Of a stretch of DNA of 64,000 nt, positions 28,936 to 36,793 are shown one piece after another. Source of the DNA: an uncultured Planctomycetales bacterium (GTDB lineage: Bacteria > Planctomycetota > UBA1135); assembly GCA_964482495.1 (NCBI GenBank), contig CAYZXS010000002.1, forward strand, positions 20,856 to 84,855, given 5' to 3'. Under the pieces are notes generated by a model that searched no databases, was not told the origin of the DNA, and saw only the letters and a program-made list of their open reading frames with translations. Each line of letters opens with the position of its first letter. The stretch's first letter is position 1. Both the position numbers and the translations under genes were made by a program.

Positions 28936-29244
28936 ATGAGAGGGATTCGAAAGGGGATTCTGAGAGTTTTGGTGGCCTGCGCGCTGCTGACCGGGGGGGT
29001 CGGCGCGGCGCAGGCCACCGCCTCTTTCGACCACCACCCCGCCGCCTGGGCCGCGGCCTCGGAGCAGCGGGTGCACCCCGGCGGCCTGCGGACCTCGAAG
29101 ATCTTCGACGGGGCGGAGGACGAACTGGAACAATATCCCGTAGGCATCCACGCCATCCCCCGCGAGTCCGGGCCGAAGACCTGGACCGCGACGATGCCTT
29201 CCCCCGCGCCAAGCGGAAGTACCGCAGCTCCGGCTGGTCCCTGA
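28936..29244 (+). CDS. Small secreted protein of unknown function (102 aa)
   Basis: MRGIRKGILRVLVACALLTGGVGAAQA is a clear signal peptide. The stop lies 4 nt before the arsM-like start. Third-position G/C is high in the middle of the ORF but weaker at both ends. Confidence 0.45.
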   Translation: MRGIRKGILRVLVACALLTGGVGAAQATASFDHHPAAWAAASEQRVHPGGLRTSKIFDGAEDELEQYPVGIHAIPRESGPKTWTATMPSPAPSGSTAAPAGP

Positions 29245-29248
29245 ACCG

Positions 29249-30343
29249 ATGGTCGCCGAAAGACTCGAATCGCTAGACCCCGCGTCCGTCACCGACGCGG
29301 TCTCCGCCACCTACGCCGAAGGCGCCAAGGCCGTGCAGCCCGAGCTGTGCTGCCCGGTGGATTACGACGCCCGTTTCTTGGAGGTCCTTCCCGCCGAGGT
29401 GCTCGAGCGCGATTACGGCTGCGGCGATCCGTCGCGGTGGCTGCGCCGGGGCGAGACCGTGCTCGACCTGGGCTCGGGCGGGGGCAAGATCTGCGCCATC
29501 GCCAGCCAGGTGGTGGGGCCGGAGGGGAGCGTGATCGGGGTCGACATGACCCCCGACATGCTCGAGCTGGCGCGGCGTTGGCAGCCGGAGATCGCCGGGC
29601 GCATCGGCTGGGACAACATCGATTATCGCCGCGGCCGGATCGAGGATCTGGCCTTGGACCTGGACCAGCTCGACCTGTGGCTGAAGGCCAACCCGATCGA
29701 CGGCCTGGCCGGCTACGAGGCGCTGCAGGCCGAGACCGAGCGCCTGCGCCGCGACGCGCCGATGGTGGCGAGCGGCAGCGTCGACGTCGTGGTCTCCAAC
29801 TGCGTGCTCAACTTGGTGGCGCCGGAGCTGAAGCGGCAGCTCTTCGCCGAGACCTTCCGGGTGCTCAAGCCCGGCGGCCGAGCGGTGATCAGCGACATCG
29901 TCAGCGACCGCGAGGTGCCGCTGGCGCTGCAGAAGGACCCGGAGCTGTGGGCGGGCTGCGTCAGCGGCGCCTACCAGGAGGCCGCCTTCCTCGAGGCCTT
30001 CCGCGCCGCCGGCTTCCACGGGGTCGAGGTGCTGGTGCGGCAGGCCGAGCCGTGGCAGGTGGTCGAGGGCATCGAATTCCGCTCGGTCACGGTGGCGGCC
30101 TACAAGGCACCCGAGGGCGGCTGCCGGGATCTCGGGCAGTCGGTGGCCTACCGCGGCCCCTACGCCGAGGTCACCGACGACCACGGCAACCGCTTCCCGC
30201 GCGGGGAGCGGGTGGCGGTGCGCGAGAGCGCCTTCGCCCGCCTCGGCCGCGAGCCCTACGCCGGCGCCTTCACTCGCTTCGAGGCCGACGGCGGCTCTCC
30301 TGATTCCGACGCCGGCGCCGACGCCGACGGGGGCTGCTGTTGA
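29249..30343 (+). CDS. arsM: ArsM-type SAM-dependent (arsenite) methyltransferase
   Basis: The SAM motif is VLDLGSGGGKIC. Four Cys are placed as in ArsM: PELCCP, YGCGDP, VVSNCVLNL and WAGCVSGA. The C-terminus is GGCC. Confidence 0.85.
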   Translation: MVAERLESLDPASVTDAVSATYAEGAKAVQPELCCPVDYDARFLEVLPAEVLERDYGCGDPSRWLRRGETVLDLGSGGGKICAIASQVVGPEGSVIGVDMTPDMLELARRWQPEIAGRIGWDNIDYRRGRIEDLALDLDQLDLWLKANPIDGLAGYEALQAETERLRRDAPMVASGSVDVVVSNCVLNLVAPELKRQLFAETFRVLKPGGRAVISDIVSDREVPLALQKDPELWAGCVSGAYQEAAFLEAFRAAGFHGVEVLVRQAEPWQVVEGIEFRSVTVAAYKAPEGGCRDLGQSVAYRGPYAEVTDDHGNRFPRGERVAVRESAFARLGREPYAGAFTRFEADGGSPDSDAGADADGGCC

Positions 30344-31416
30344 GCCCGGGCGGCAGCGACCTCGGCCCCGCGCCGGCCTTCCGTGACGCCGCGGAGGACT
30401 TCCCCTACGTCGCCAAGACCCAGGTCGAGACGCTGCAATTCAACCTCGGCCGGCTCTGCAACCAGGCCTGCCTGCATTGCCACGTCGACAGCTCCCCGGC
30501 GCGCAGCGGGCCGGAAGACAACGCCTCGGCGGCCCTGATCGACCAGGTCCTCGAGCTGCTGCGCCGCGAAGACGGTCTGCGGGTGCTGGACCTCACCGGA
30601 GGCGCCCCGGAGCTGAACCCGCACTTCCGGCGCCTGGTCGAAGGCGCGCGCCGGCTCGACCGCACCGTCTACGTCCGCCACAACCTGACCGTGCAGGAGG
30701 AGCCGGGCCAGGCCGACCTGCCGGCGTGGTTCGCGGAGCAGGGGGTGGTGCTCTACTGCTCGCTGCCGTGCTACCTGGAGGACAACGTCGACGCCCAGCG
30801 CGGCGACGGCGTCTACGCCAAGAGCCTGGCGGCGCTGCGGCGCTTGAACGACGCCGGCTTCGGCCGCGGCGACGGCCTGGAGCTGAAGCTGGTCTACAAC
30901 CCGCTCGGCCCGGCGCTGCCGCCCTCGCAGGCCTCGCTCGAGGCGGACTACCGCCGGCGGCTGGCCGAGGACCACGGCGTCGTCTTCGACGCGCTGCTCA
31001 CGATCACCAACCAGCCGATCCACCGCTTCCGCGACGCCCTGGCCCGGTCGGAGCAGCTCGACCCCTACCTGCGGCTGCTCAAGGACCACTTCAACAAGGC
31101 CACCCTCGGCGGCCTGATGTGCCGCAGCGCGGTCTCGCTGCGCTGGGACGGCCGGCTGTACGACTGCGACTTCAACCTGGTCCAGGGGCTGGAGCTGCGC
31201 GGCCCTGGCGGCGATGCCATGAGCCTCGCCGACCTGCTGGCGGCCCCGGCCGGCCTGGCGTCGTTCCGCGAGCTGGCCGTCGCCACCGCCGAGCACTGCT
31301 TCGCCTGCACCGCCGGCTGCGGCTCCAGCTGCGGCGGCGAGCTCAGCGCCGAGTCGGTCCAGGACCTCGAGATTCCGAGTCACAGGCTCTCCTGTGCCCC
31401 GAACTTCGAGGTGTGA
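30340..31416 (+). CDS. arsS: Radical SAM / Cys-rich-domain protein (ArsS / TIGR04167 type)
   Basis: The TTG start has a TTGA overlap with the arsM stop. The radical SAM motif is CNQACLHC. The C-terminal Cys-rich domain is MCRSAVSLRWDGRLYDCDFN...HCFACTAGCGSSCGG, with Cys (not Sec) at the position that carries Sec in some homologues. Confidence 0.9.
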   Translation: MSPGGSDLGPAPAFRDAAEDFPYVAKTQVETLQFNLGRLCNQACLHCHVDSSPARSGPEDNASAALIDQVLELLRREDGLRVLDLTGGAPELNPHFRRLVEGARRLDRTVYVRHNLTVQEEPGQADLPAWFAEQGVVLYCSLPCYLEDNVDAQRGDGVYAKSLAALRRLNDAGFGRGDGLELKLVYNPLGPALPPSQASLEADYRRRLAEDHGVVFDALLTITNQPIHRFRDALARSEQLDPYLRLLKDHFNKATLGGLMCRSAVSLRWDGRLYDCDFNLVQGLELRGPGGDAMSLADLLAAPAGLASFRELAVATAEHCFACTAGCGSSCGGELSAESVQDLEIPSHRLSCAPNFEV

Positions 31417-31542
31417 TTCTCGCGCCGGCCACAGTCACTCTCCCACGGCGACGCTACCTCGGCTGAGCTCGGGGCCGCCGGCGCGGCGTTAGGCTGCCGA
31501 TTCAAGCCGTCACGGGTGGCCGCCTGGGACGAAGCCGAGGAC

Positions 31543-32250
31543 ATGACACGAGTACTGCTGTTGCTGCTGATCGCCTCGGCGGTCTCGGCCGTGCTCTGGC
31601 TGCCGACCGAGCGGCTGCCCGAGCTGGGCGAGTGGCTGCGAGGCCAGGGCTTGGCCGGAGCTCTGCTGATCGGCGCCGGATACGCTGCCGCCACCGTGCT
31701 GATGATCCCCGGCTCGTTGATCACCCTGGTGATCGGGGCCGTCTACGGCCCTTGGATGGGGCTGGCGCTGGTGTCGCCGGCGAGCGTGCTGGGCGCCACC
31801 CTGGCCTTCCTGCTCGGTCGCGGCGCCTTCCGGCCGGCGATCGACCGGCGCATGGCCGGCAGTGCGCGCTTCCAGGCGCTGCAGGCGGCGATGGCCAAGG
31901 AGGGCCTGAAGATCCTGACCTTGGTGCGGCTGTCGCCGGTGTTCCCCTTCACCGTGGTGAACTACGCCTTCGGTCTGACCCGGATCCCGCTGCGCCACTA
32001 CGTGCTCGGCTCCTTCGTCGGCATGCTGCCGGGGACGCTGATGTACGTCTACCTGGGTTCGACCGTCGGCGACCTGGCCGACCTGGGCGCGGGCGCGCCG
32101 GAGGGTGGCGCCGCCGGCGCGGCCCTGAAGTGGCTCGGCTTGGCGGCGACGGTGGTCGTGACGGTGCTGATCACCCGGACCGCCAAGCGAGCGCTGGCCG
32201 AGGCCGCGCCCGAGGTCCTCGAGCAGCGCTCCGGCGGCGCGGAGGTCTGA
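31543..32250 (+). CDS. TVP38/TMEM64 (DedA-superfamily, SNARE-associated) membrane protein
   Basis: The ATG at 31543 gives MTRVLLLLLIASAV.... The sequence includes IPGSLITLVIGAVYG...LTLVRLSPVFPFTVVNYAFGLT. A GTG at 31516 is an alternative start. Confidence 0.8.
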   Translation: MTRVLLLLLIASAVSAVLWLPTERLPELGEWLRGQGLAGALLIGAGYAAATVLMIPGSLITLVIGAVYGPWMGLALVSPASVLGATLAFLLGRGAFRPAIDRRMAGSARFQALQAAMAKEGLKILTLVRLSPVFPFTVVNYAFGLTRIPLRHYVLGSFVGMLPGTLMYVYLGSTVGDLADLGAGAPEGGAAGAALKWLGLAATVVVTVLITRTAKRALAEAAPEVLEQRSGGAEV

Positions 32251-32251
32251 G

Positions 32252-33778
32252 GTGGCCCAGCCGATCCTCCTCGCCGACGACGACCACGACCGGGAGCTGC
32301 TCCAGCAGGTGGCGCCCGAGGACTGGCGGCCGCCGGCGCCGGCCGACCGCTATGACCTGGTGGTGCTCGGCGCCGGCACCGCCGGCCTGATCGCCGCCGC
32401 CGGCGCGGCCGGCTTGGGCGCCAAGGTGGCCTTGGTGGAGCGCTCGTTGATGGGCGGCGACTGCCTCAACCACGGCTGCGTGCCGAGCAAGGCGATCCTG
32501 CGGGCGGCCAAGGCGCTCGGCGCAGCGCGGCGTGCGGAGGAGCTGGGCCTGCGCGTCCCCGAGGCCGAGGCCGACTTCGCCGCGGTCATGGAGCGGATGC
32601 GGCGACTGCGGGCCGGCATCGGCCAACACGACGGCGCCCAGCGTTACACCGAGCTGGGAGTGGACGTGTTCTTGGGCGACGGCCGCTTCACCGGGCGCGA
32701 TCGGCTGGCGGTCGAGTGCCACGGCGGCGCGTCCGTCTCGCTGCGCTTCAAGCGCGCCGTGATCGCCACCGGCGCCCGGCCGCGGGTGCTGGAGGTGCCC
32801 GGCCTGGCCGAGGCCGGCTACCGCACCAACCACACGCTCTACACCCTGACCGAGCTGCCGCATAGCCTGGTGGTGGTGGGGGCGGGGCCGATCGGGGTCG
32901 AGATGGCGCAGGCCTTCGCCCGCTTCGGCAGCCAGGTCTCGATCGTCGGCCTGGATGAGCGCGTCTTGCCGCGCGAGGACCCCGACGCCGCGGCCATCGT
33001 GCGGCGTTCGCTGGAGCGCGACGGCGTGCGCTTGGAGCTCGGCGCCGGCCTGAGCGAGGTGCGGGTGGAGGGCGGCCGCAAGCGGGTCGTGGCCGCGCGC
33101 GGGGAAGAGCGGGTCGAACTCGCCGGCGCCGAGCTCCTGATGGCGGCCGGCCGCGCCGCCAACGTCGAGGGGCTCGGTCTGGAGTTGGCAGGGGTGGACT
33201 TCGACCGCCGCGGGGTGCGGGTGGATGACTTCCTGCGTACCACCAACCGCCGGATCTTCGCCGCCGGCGACGTCGCCAGGCGGTGGCAGTTCACCCACGC
33301 CGCCGACGCCATGGCGCGGATCGCGCTGCGCAACGCCTTCTTCTTCGGCCGCGCCCGAGTCAGCGCCCTGACCATGCCGTGGTGCACCTACACCATGCCC
33401 GAGGTGGCCCACGTCGGCCTCGACGAGCGCGAGGCGGCCGAGGCCGGGGTCGGGCTGGAGTCGCTGCGCATGGACTTCTCCGAGGTCGACCGCGCCCGGC
33501 TGGACGGCGAGACCGAGGGCTTCGCCAAGCTCGTGTTCGAGAAGCGCAGCGGCCGCTTGCGCGGCGCCACCGTCGTCGCGCCGCAGGCTGGAGAGCTGAT
33601 CGGGGCGGCGCTGGTGGCGGTGAGCAAGCGCTTGAAGGTGGGGGAACTGAGCGGCGTGATCCACCCCTATCCGACGCAGGGGGCCGTCTGGGGCCGGCTC
33701 GGCGACCTGGCGATGCGGCGCAAGCTCACCCCCGGCGCCGCCCGATTGCTCCGCGGGCTGATCCGGATGCGGCGCTGA
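32252..33778 (+). CDS. FAD-dependent pyridine nucleotide-disulfide oxidoreductase, mercuric-reductase-like
   Basis: The start is a GTG. The FAD motif is YDLVVLGAGTAGLIAA and the redox disulfide is GGDCLNHGCVPSK. A dimerisation domain is present. There is no N-terminal HMA domain and no C-terminal Cys pair. Confidence 0.85.
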   Translation: MAQPILLADDDHDRELLQQVAPEDWRPPAPADRYDLVVLGAGTAGLIAAAGAAGLGAKVALVERSLMGGDCLNHGCVPSKAILRAAKALGAARRAEELGLRVPEAEADFAAVMERMRRLRAGIGQHDGAQRYTELGVDVFLGDGRFTGRDRLAVECHGGASVSLRFKRAVIATGARPRVLEVPGLAEAGYRTNHTLYTLTELPHSLVVVGAGPIGVEMAQAFARFGSQVSIVGLDERVLPREDPDAAAIVRRSLERDGVRLELGAGLSEVRVEGGRKRVVAARGEERVELAGAELLMAAGRAANVEGLGLELAGVDFDRRGVRVDDFLRTTNRRIFAAGDVARRWQFTHAADAMARIALRNAFFFGRARVSALTMPWCTYTMPEVAHVGLDEREAAEAGVGLESLRMDFSEVDRARLDGETEGFAKLVFEKRSGRLRGATVVAPQAGELIGAALVAVSKRLKVGELSGVIHPYPTQGAVWGRLGDLAMRRKLTPGAARLLRGLIRMRR

Positions 33779-34467
33779 TGCGGATCTCCGTCATCATCCC
33801 GACCCTGGAGGAAGAGGCCGCGATCGGCGGCTGTGTCGCCGCGGTGCGCGCCCTGGCGGGGGACTGGGAGGTGGTGGTGGTCGACGGCGGCAGCCGCGAC
33901 CGGTCCCTGGAGCGGGCGGCCGAGGCGGGCGCCGACCTGAGCTTGCTGGCGCCGGCCGGCCGCGGCCACCAACTGGCGGCCGGGGCGGCCGCCGCCACCT
34001 CGCAGGCGCTGCTGTTCCTGCACGCCGATTGCCGTCTGCCGGCCAGCGCCGCCGCTGAGGTCGGCGCGACCTTGGAGGACTCGCGCTGGTCCGGCGGCGC
34101 CTTCGCCCTGCGCCACGAGTGCGGCCCGGCCGCTGGTCCGCTCGCCCGCCGCCTGGTGCGGATCGCCGACCGCCGCTCGCGCCGGGCCCGGCTTCCTTAC
34201 GGCGACCAGGCCCTGTTCACCCGGCGGGAGACGCTGGAGCGCGCCGGCGGCGTGCCCGAGCAGCCGCTGATGGAGGACCTGGAGCTGTCCCGGCGGCTCG
34301 ACCGCCTGGGGCCGATCCGGCGCCTCCCGGCCGAGGTCCGCACCGACGCCCGGCGCTTCGAGCAGCGGCCCGTCCACTCCTTCCTGTGCTGGATGAGCTT
34401 CCCGCTGCTCTTCCGGCTCGGGGCCTCCCCCGAGCGGCTGGCCCGGTGGTACGGTTCCCAGCGATGA
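33778..34467 (+). CDS. GT2-family glycosyltransferase, TIGR04283 type ('transferase 2, rSAM/selenodomain-associated')
   Basis: It has a TGATG overlap with the upstream gene. The sequence includes ISVIIPTLEEE...VVVVDGGSRDRS...GRGHQLAAGA...LLFLHADCRLP. Confidence 0.85.
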   Translation: MRISVIIPTLEEEAAIGGCVAAVRALAGDWEVVVVDGGSRDRSLERAAEAGADLSLLAPAGRGHQLAAGAAAATSQALLFLHADCRLPASAAAEVGATLEDSRWSGGAFALRHECGPAAGPLARRLVRIADRRSRRARLPYGDQALFTRRETLERAGGVPEQPLMEDLELSRRLDRLGPIRRLPAEVRTDARRFEQRPVHSFLCWMSFPLLFRLGASPERLARWYGSQR

Positions 34468-35417
34468 TCGCGCTGCTCTCCGCTCTCGGGCTCACCCTCG
34501 CCGCGCCGCCGCCTCAGGACCCGAGCCCAGAGCAGCAGGCGCTCGACCAGGTCCGCGCCGCCTTCACCGGCAGCTTCCTCGGCGTCGAGCGCAAGGACGG
34601 CCGGGAGGGGCAGGGGCACATCGTGGCCTCGGCGCTGCCCGGCGGCTTCATCGGCCGCGACTACTGGTCCGAGGGCGGCGGCCGCCGCCTCTACGCCGGC
34701 CACGACGTGCTCGAGCTCCTGGTCGACGGCTCGGCCCGTCACTGGTGGTTCGGCAGCCGCGGCGACGAGGCCTACGCCGAGGGGCGATGGACCGCCGAGC
34801 AGCTGGCCCTCTACGTGCTCGACGACGACGGCGACCGCATCCGCCGCTACACCTACGACCTGGTGAGGGAAGCGGCGCCGGCCGCCGAGGGGGATGCGCC
34901 CGCCGCCGAGCCGCCGCTCGCCTTCCGTTTCCGCAACGACCACGCCGACGGCGACGGCTGGGAGTTCTTCATGGGCACCGATTGGCGCCGCGCCGCCGCC
35001 CGGCTGCCGGCCGACTTCCAGCCGGACGAGGACGACGCGCGTGGGTCATGGCGTCAGCACTACGTCGGCGACTGGACCGGCGCCTCCGGCCGCCACCGCG
35101 GCCGCTGGCTGTTCGGGGACTGGCTGGTGCTCGACACGCCGCGCGAGCACGCGGTCCTGTCGAAGAGCTGGCTCGGCAAGTTCCGGCTCCGGAGCTGGGG
35201 GGACGACGGCCGCTTCCGGCTGCTGGAGGGCAAGGAGAAGCGGGACCGGCTCCGCCTGCGCCCGGTGCCCGGTCCCGGCGCGCCGGCCCGCAGGGGAGCC
35301 GGAGGGAGCGCTCCCGATGAGGCCGCCGTCGAGCTCCGGACCGACCAATGGCTGCCGGACGGCTATCGCAGCGAGCACCGGGGCCGCGTACTCGATTTCC
35401 AGCGCTCCGGGGACTGA
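34464..35417 (+). CDS. Hypothetical secreted protein (317 aa), last gene of the cluster operon
   Basis: It has an ATGA overlap with the GT2 gene. The signal peptide is MIALLSALGLTLAAPPPQD. The protein is rich in Trp, Asp and Gly (DGDGWEFFMGTDW). I recognise no family. Confidence 0.65.
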   Translation: MIALLSALGLTLAAPPPQDPSPEQQALDQVRAAFTGSFLGVERKDGREGQGHIVASALPGGFIGRDYWSEGGGRRLYAGHDVLELLVDGSARHWWFGSRGDEAYAEGRWTAEQLALYVLDDDGDRIRRYTYDLVREAAPAAEGDAPAAEPPLAFRFRNDHADGDGWEFFMGTDWRRAAARLPADFQPDEDDARGSWRQHYVGDWTGASGRHRGRWLFGDWLVLDTPREHAVLSKSWLGKFRLRSWGDDGRFRLLEGKEKRDRLRLRPVPGPGAPARRGAGGSAPDEAAVELRTDQWLPDGYRSEHRGRVLDFQRSGD

Positions 35418-35639
35418 ATCTCCTCGCCGGCGCGATCCGGCGGCGCCCACGAGGCGGGAAAGCGCGGAACCCAGGCTGAGAGCGTCCCGTCCGATCAGGG
35501 GGAACGACAGTCTCGTCCTGCATCAGAGAATCGGATCCTTCCCTCTTCGGGGTGCGCGATCTGATCCCCATCCCCTTTTCTGGTGCAGGGCGTTTTCCCT
35601 CCCCGCTCACGCCCGCGGCTGGCTGCTAGATTGGCTCCC

Positions 35640-36728
35640 ATGAGCCGATCCCCCCTGACCCGGCGCGGTTTCCTCGGCGCCACTGGCGCCGCCGCCGCCG
35701 CTTTCGCCTCCCGCGCCGCCGCCACCCCCTCCGCCAGCCCGGGTGTAGCTCCCGCTTTGGGGCCGCCTGCCGCCGCGGTCGCGATCTCTTCGCTCAACGG
35801 CCTGCGCACGGTCGAGAAGGCCTGCGCCCTGGTCGCCGAAGGCACGCGGCCGGTGACCGCCGCGGTCCAGGGCGTCGCCATCGTCGAGGCCGACCCCAAG
35901 GACATGTCGGTCGGCTACGGCGGCCTGCCCAATGAGGACGGCGTGGTCCAGCTCGACGCCGCCTGCATGGACGGCCCGCGCCACAACGCCGGCTCGGTCG
36001 GCTGCATCGAACGCGTCAAGCACCCGGCGCAAGTGGCGGAGGTGGTCATGGACCAGACCGACCACGTCAACCTGGTCGGCGAGGGCGCGACCCGCTTCGC
36101 CCACGACCTCGGCTTCCCCGACGAGGACCTGCTGACTCCGGAGGCGCGCAAGGTCTGGCTGCGCTGGCGCGCTTCGCATAGCAAGGACGACGACTACCTG
36201 GCGCCGCAAGGCGGGGGCACGACCAACGCCGACCTCGAGCGCATCTACGGCACCATCCACTGCTCGGTGCTGAACGCCGACGGCGACCTCGGCTGCTGCA
36301 CGACCACCAGCGGCCTCAGCTTCAAGATCCCCGGCCGCATCGGCGACTCGCCGCTGATCGGCTGCGGTCTCTACTGCGACAACGAGGTCGGCAGCGCCGG
36401 CGCCACCGGCCGCGGCGAGGCCGCGATCCACTCCGGCGGCTCCTGGCTGGTGGTCGAGCGCATGCGCGCCGGAGACACCCCCGAGGAGGCCTGCCTCTAC
36501 GCCCTGCGCCGCGTCGCTGAGCAGGTCCAGCGCCAGAAGGCCTGGCAGCCCGGCCTGTGGAACGAGGACCGCAAGCGCCCGTCCTTCAACCTCAGCTTCT
36601 ACGCCGTGCGCAAGGACGGCCTCTACGGCAGCGCCCGCATGCTCGGCAAGCCCGGCAACCCCACCTTCGCCGTCTGCGACGCCCAGGGGGCGCGCAAGGA
36701 GGCCGGGGCCATCGCTTTCCCCAATTAA
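35640..36728 (+). CDS. Tat-exported N4-(beta-N-acetylglucosaminyl)-L-asparaginase / isoaspartyl peptidase (Ntn hydrolase)
   Basis: The Tat signal is SRSPLTRRGFLGATGAAAAAF. The autoprocessing and nucleophile region is YGTIHCSV...TTTSGLSFKIPGRIGDSPLIGCGLY. Confidence 0.85.
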   Translation: MSRSPLTRRGFLGATGAAAAAFASRAAATPSASPGVAPALGPPAAAVAISSLNGLRTVEKACALVAEGTRPVTAAVQGVAIVEADPKDMSVGYGGLPNEDGVVQLDAACMDGPRHNAGSVGCIERVKHPAQVAEVVMDQTDHVNLVGEGATRFAHDLGFPDEDLLTPEARKVWLRWRASHSKDDDYLAPQGGGTTNADLERIYGTIHCSVLNADGDLGCCTTTSGLSFKIPGRIGDSPLIGCGLYCDNEVGSAGATGRGEAAIHSGGSWLVVERMRAGDTPEEACLYALRRVAEQVQRQKAWQPGLWNEDRKRPSFNLSFYAVRKDGLYGSARMLGKPGNPTFAVCDAQGARKEAGAIAFPN

Positions 36729-36793
36729 GCGACGCCACCTCCGCCGCGTCCCTTCCCGTGGGTTGGATCCGGCCGCCGGGGGAGAATCCAGGC

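Noticed and set aside
31290-31345. Possible selenocysteine in the C-terminal Cys-rich domain of the ArsS-type radical SAM protein.
   Set aside because: The motif reads CFACTAGCGSSCGG with ordinary Cys codons and no in-frame TGA. This copy is the Cys form.
35418-35639. A 220-nt intergenic region upstream of the glycosylasparaginase gene contains fragments reminiscent of a TPP riboswitch (CTGAGA, GGGGTGC, CTGATC).
   Set aside because: The fragments are in the wrong order and spacing for a THI-box on either strand. I could not build a convincing conserved secondary structure by eye. No ncRNA is claimed.
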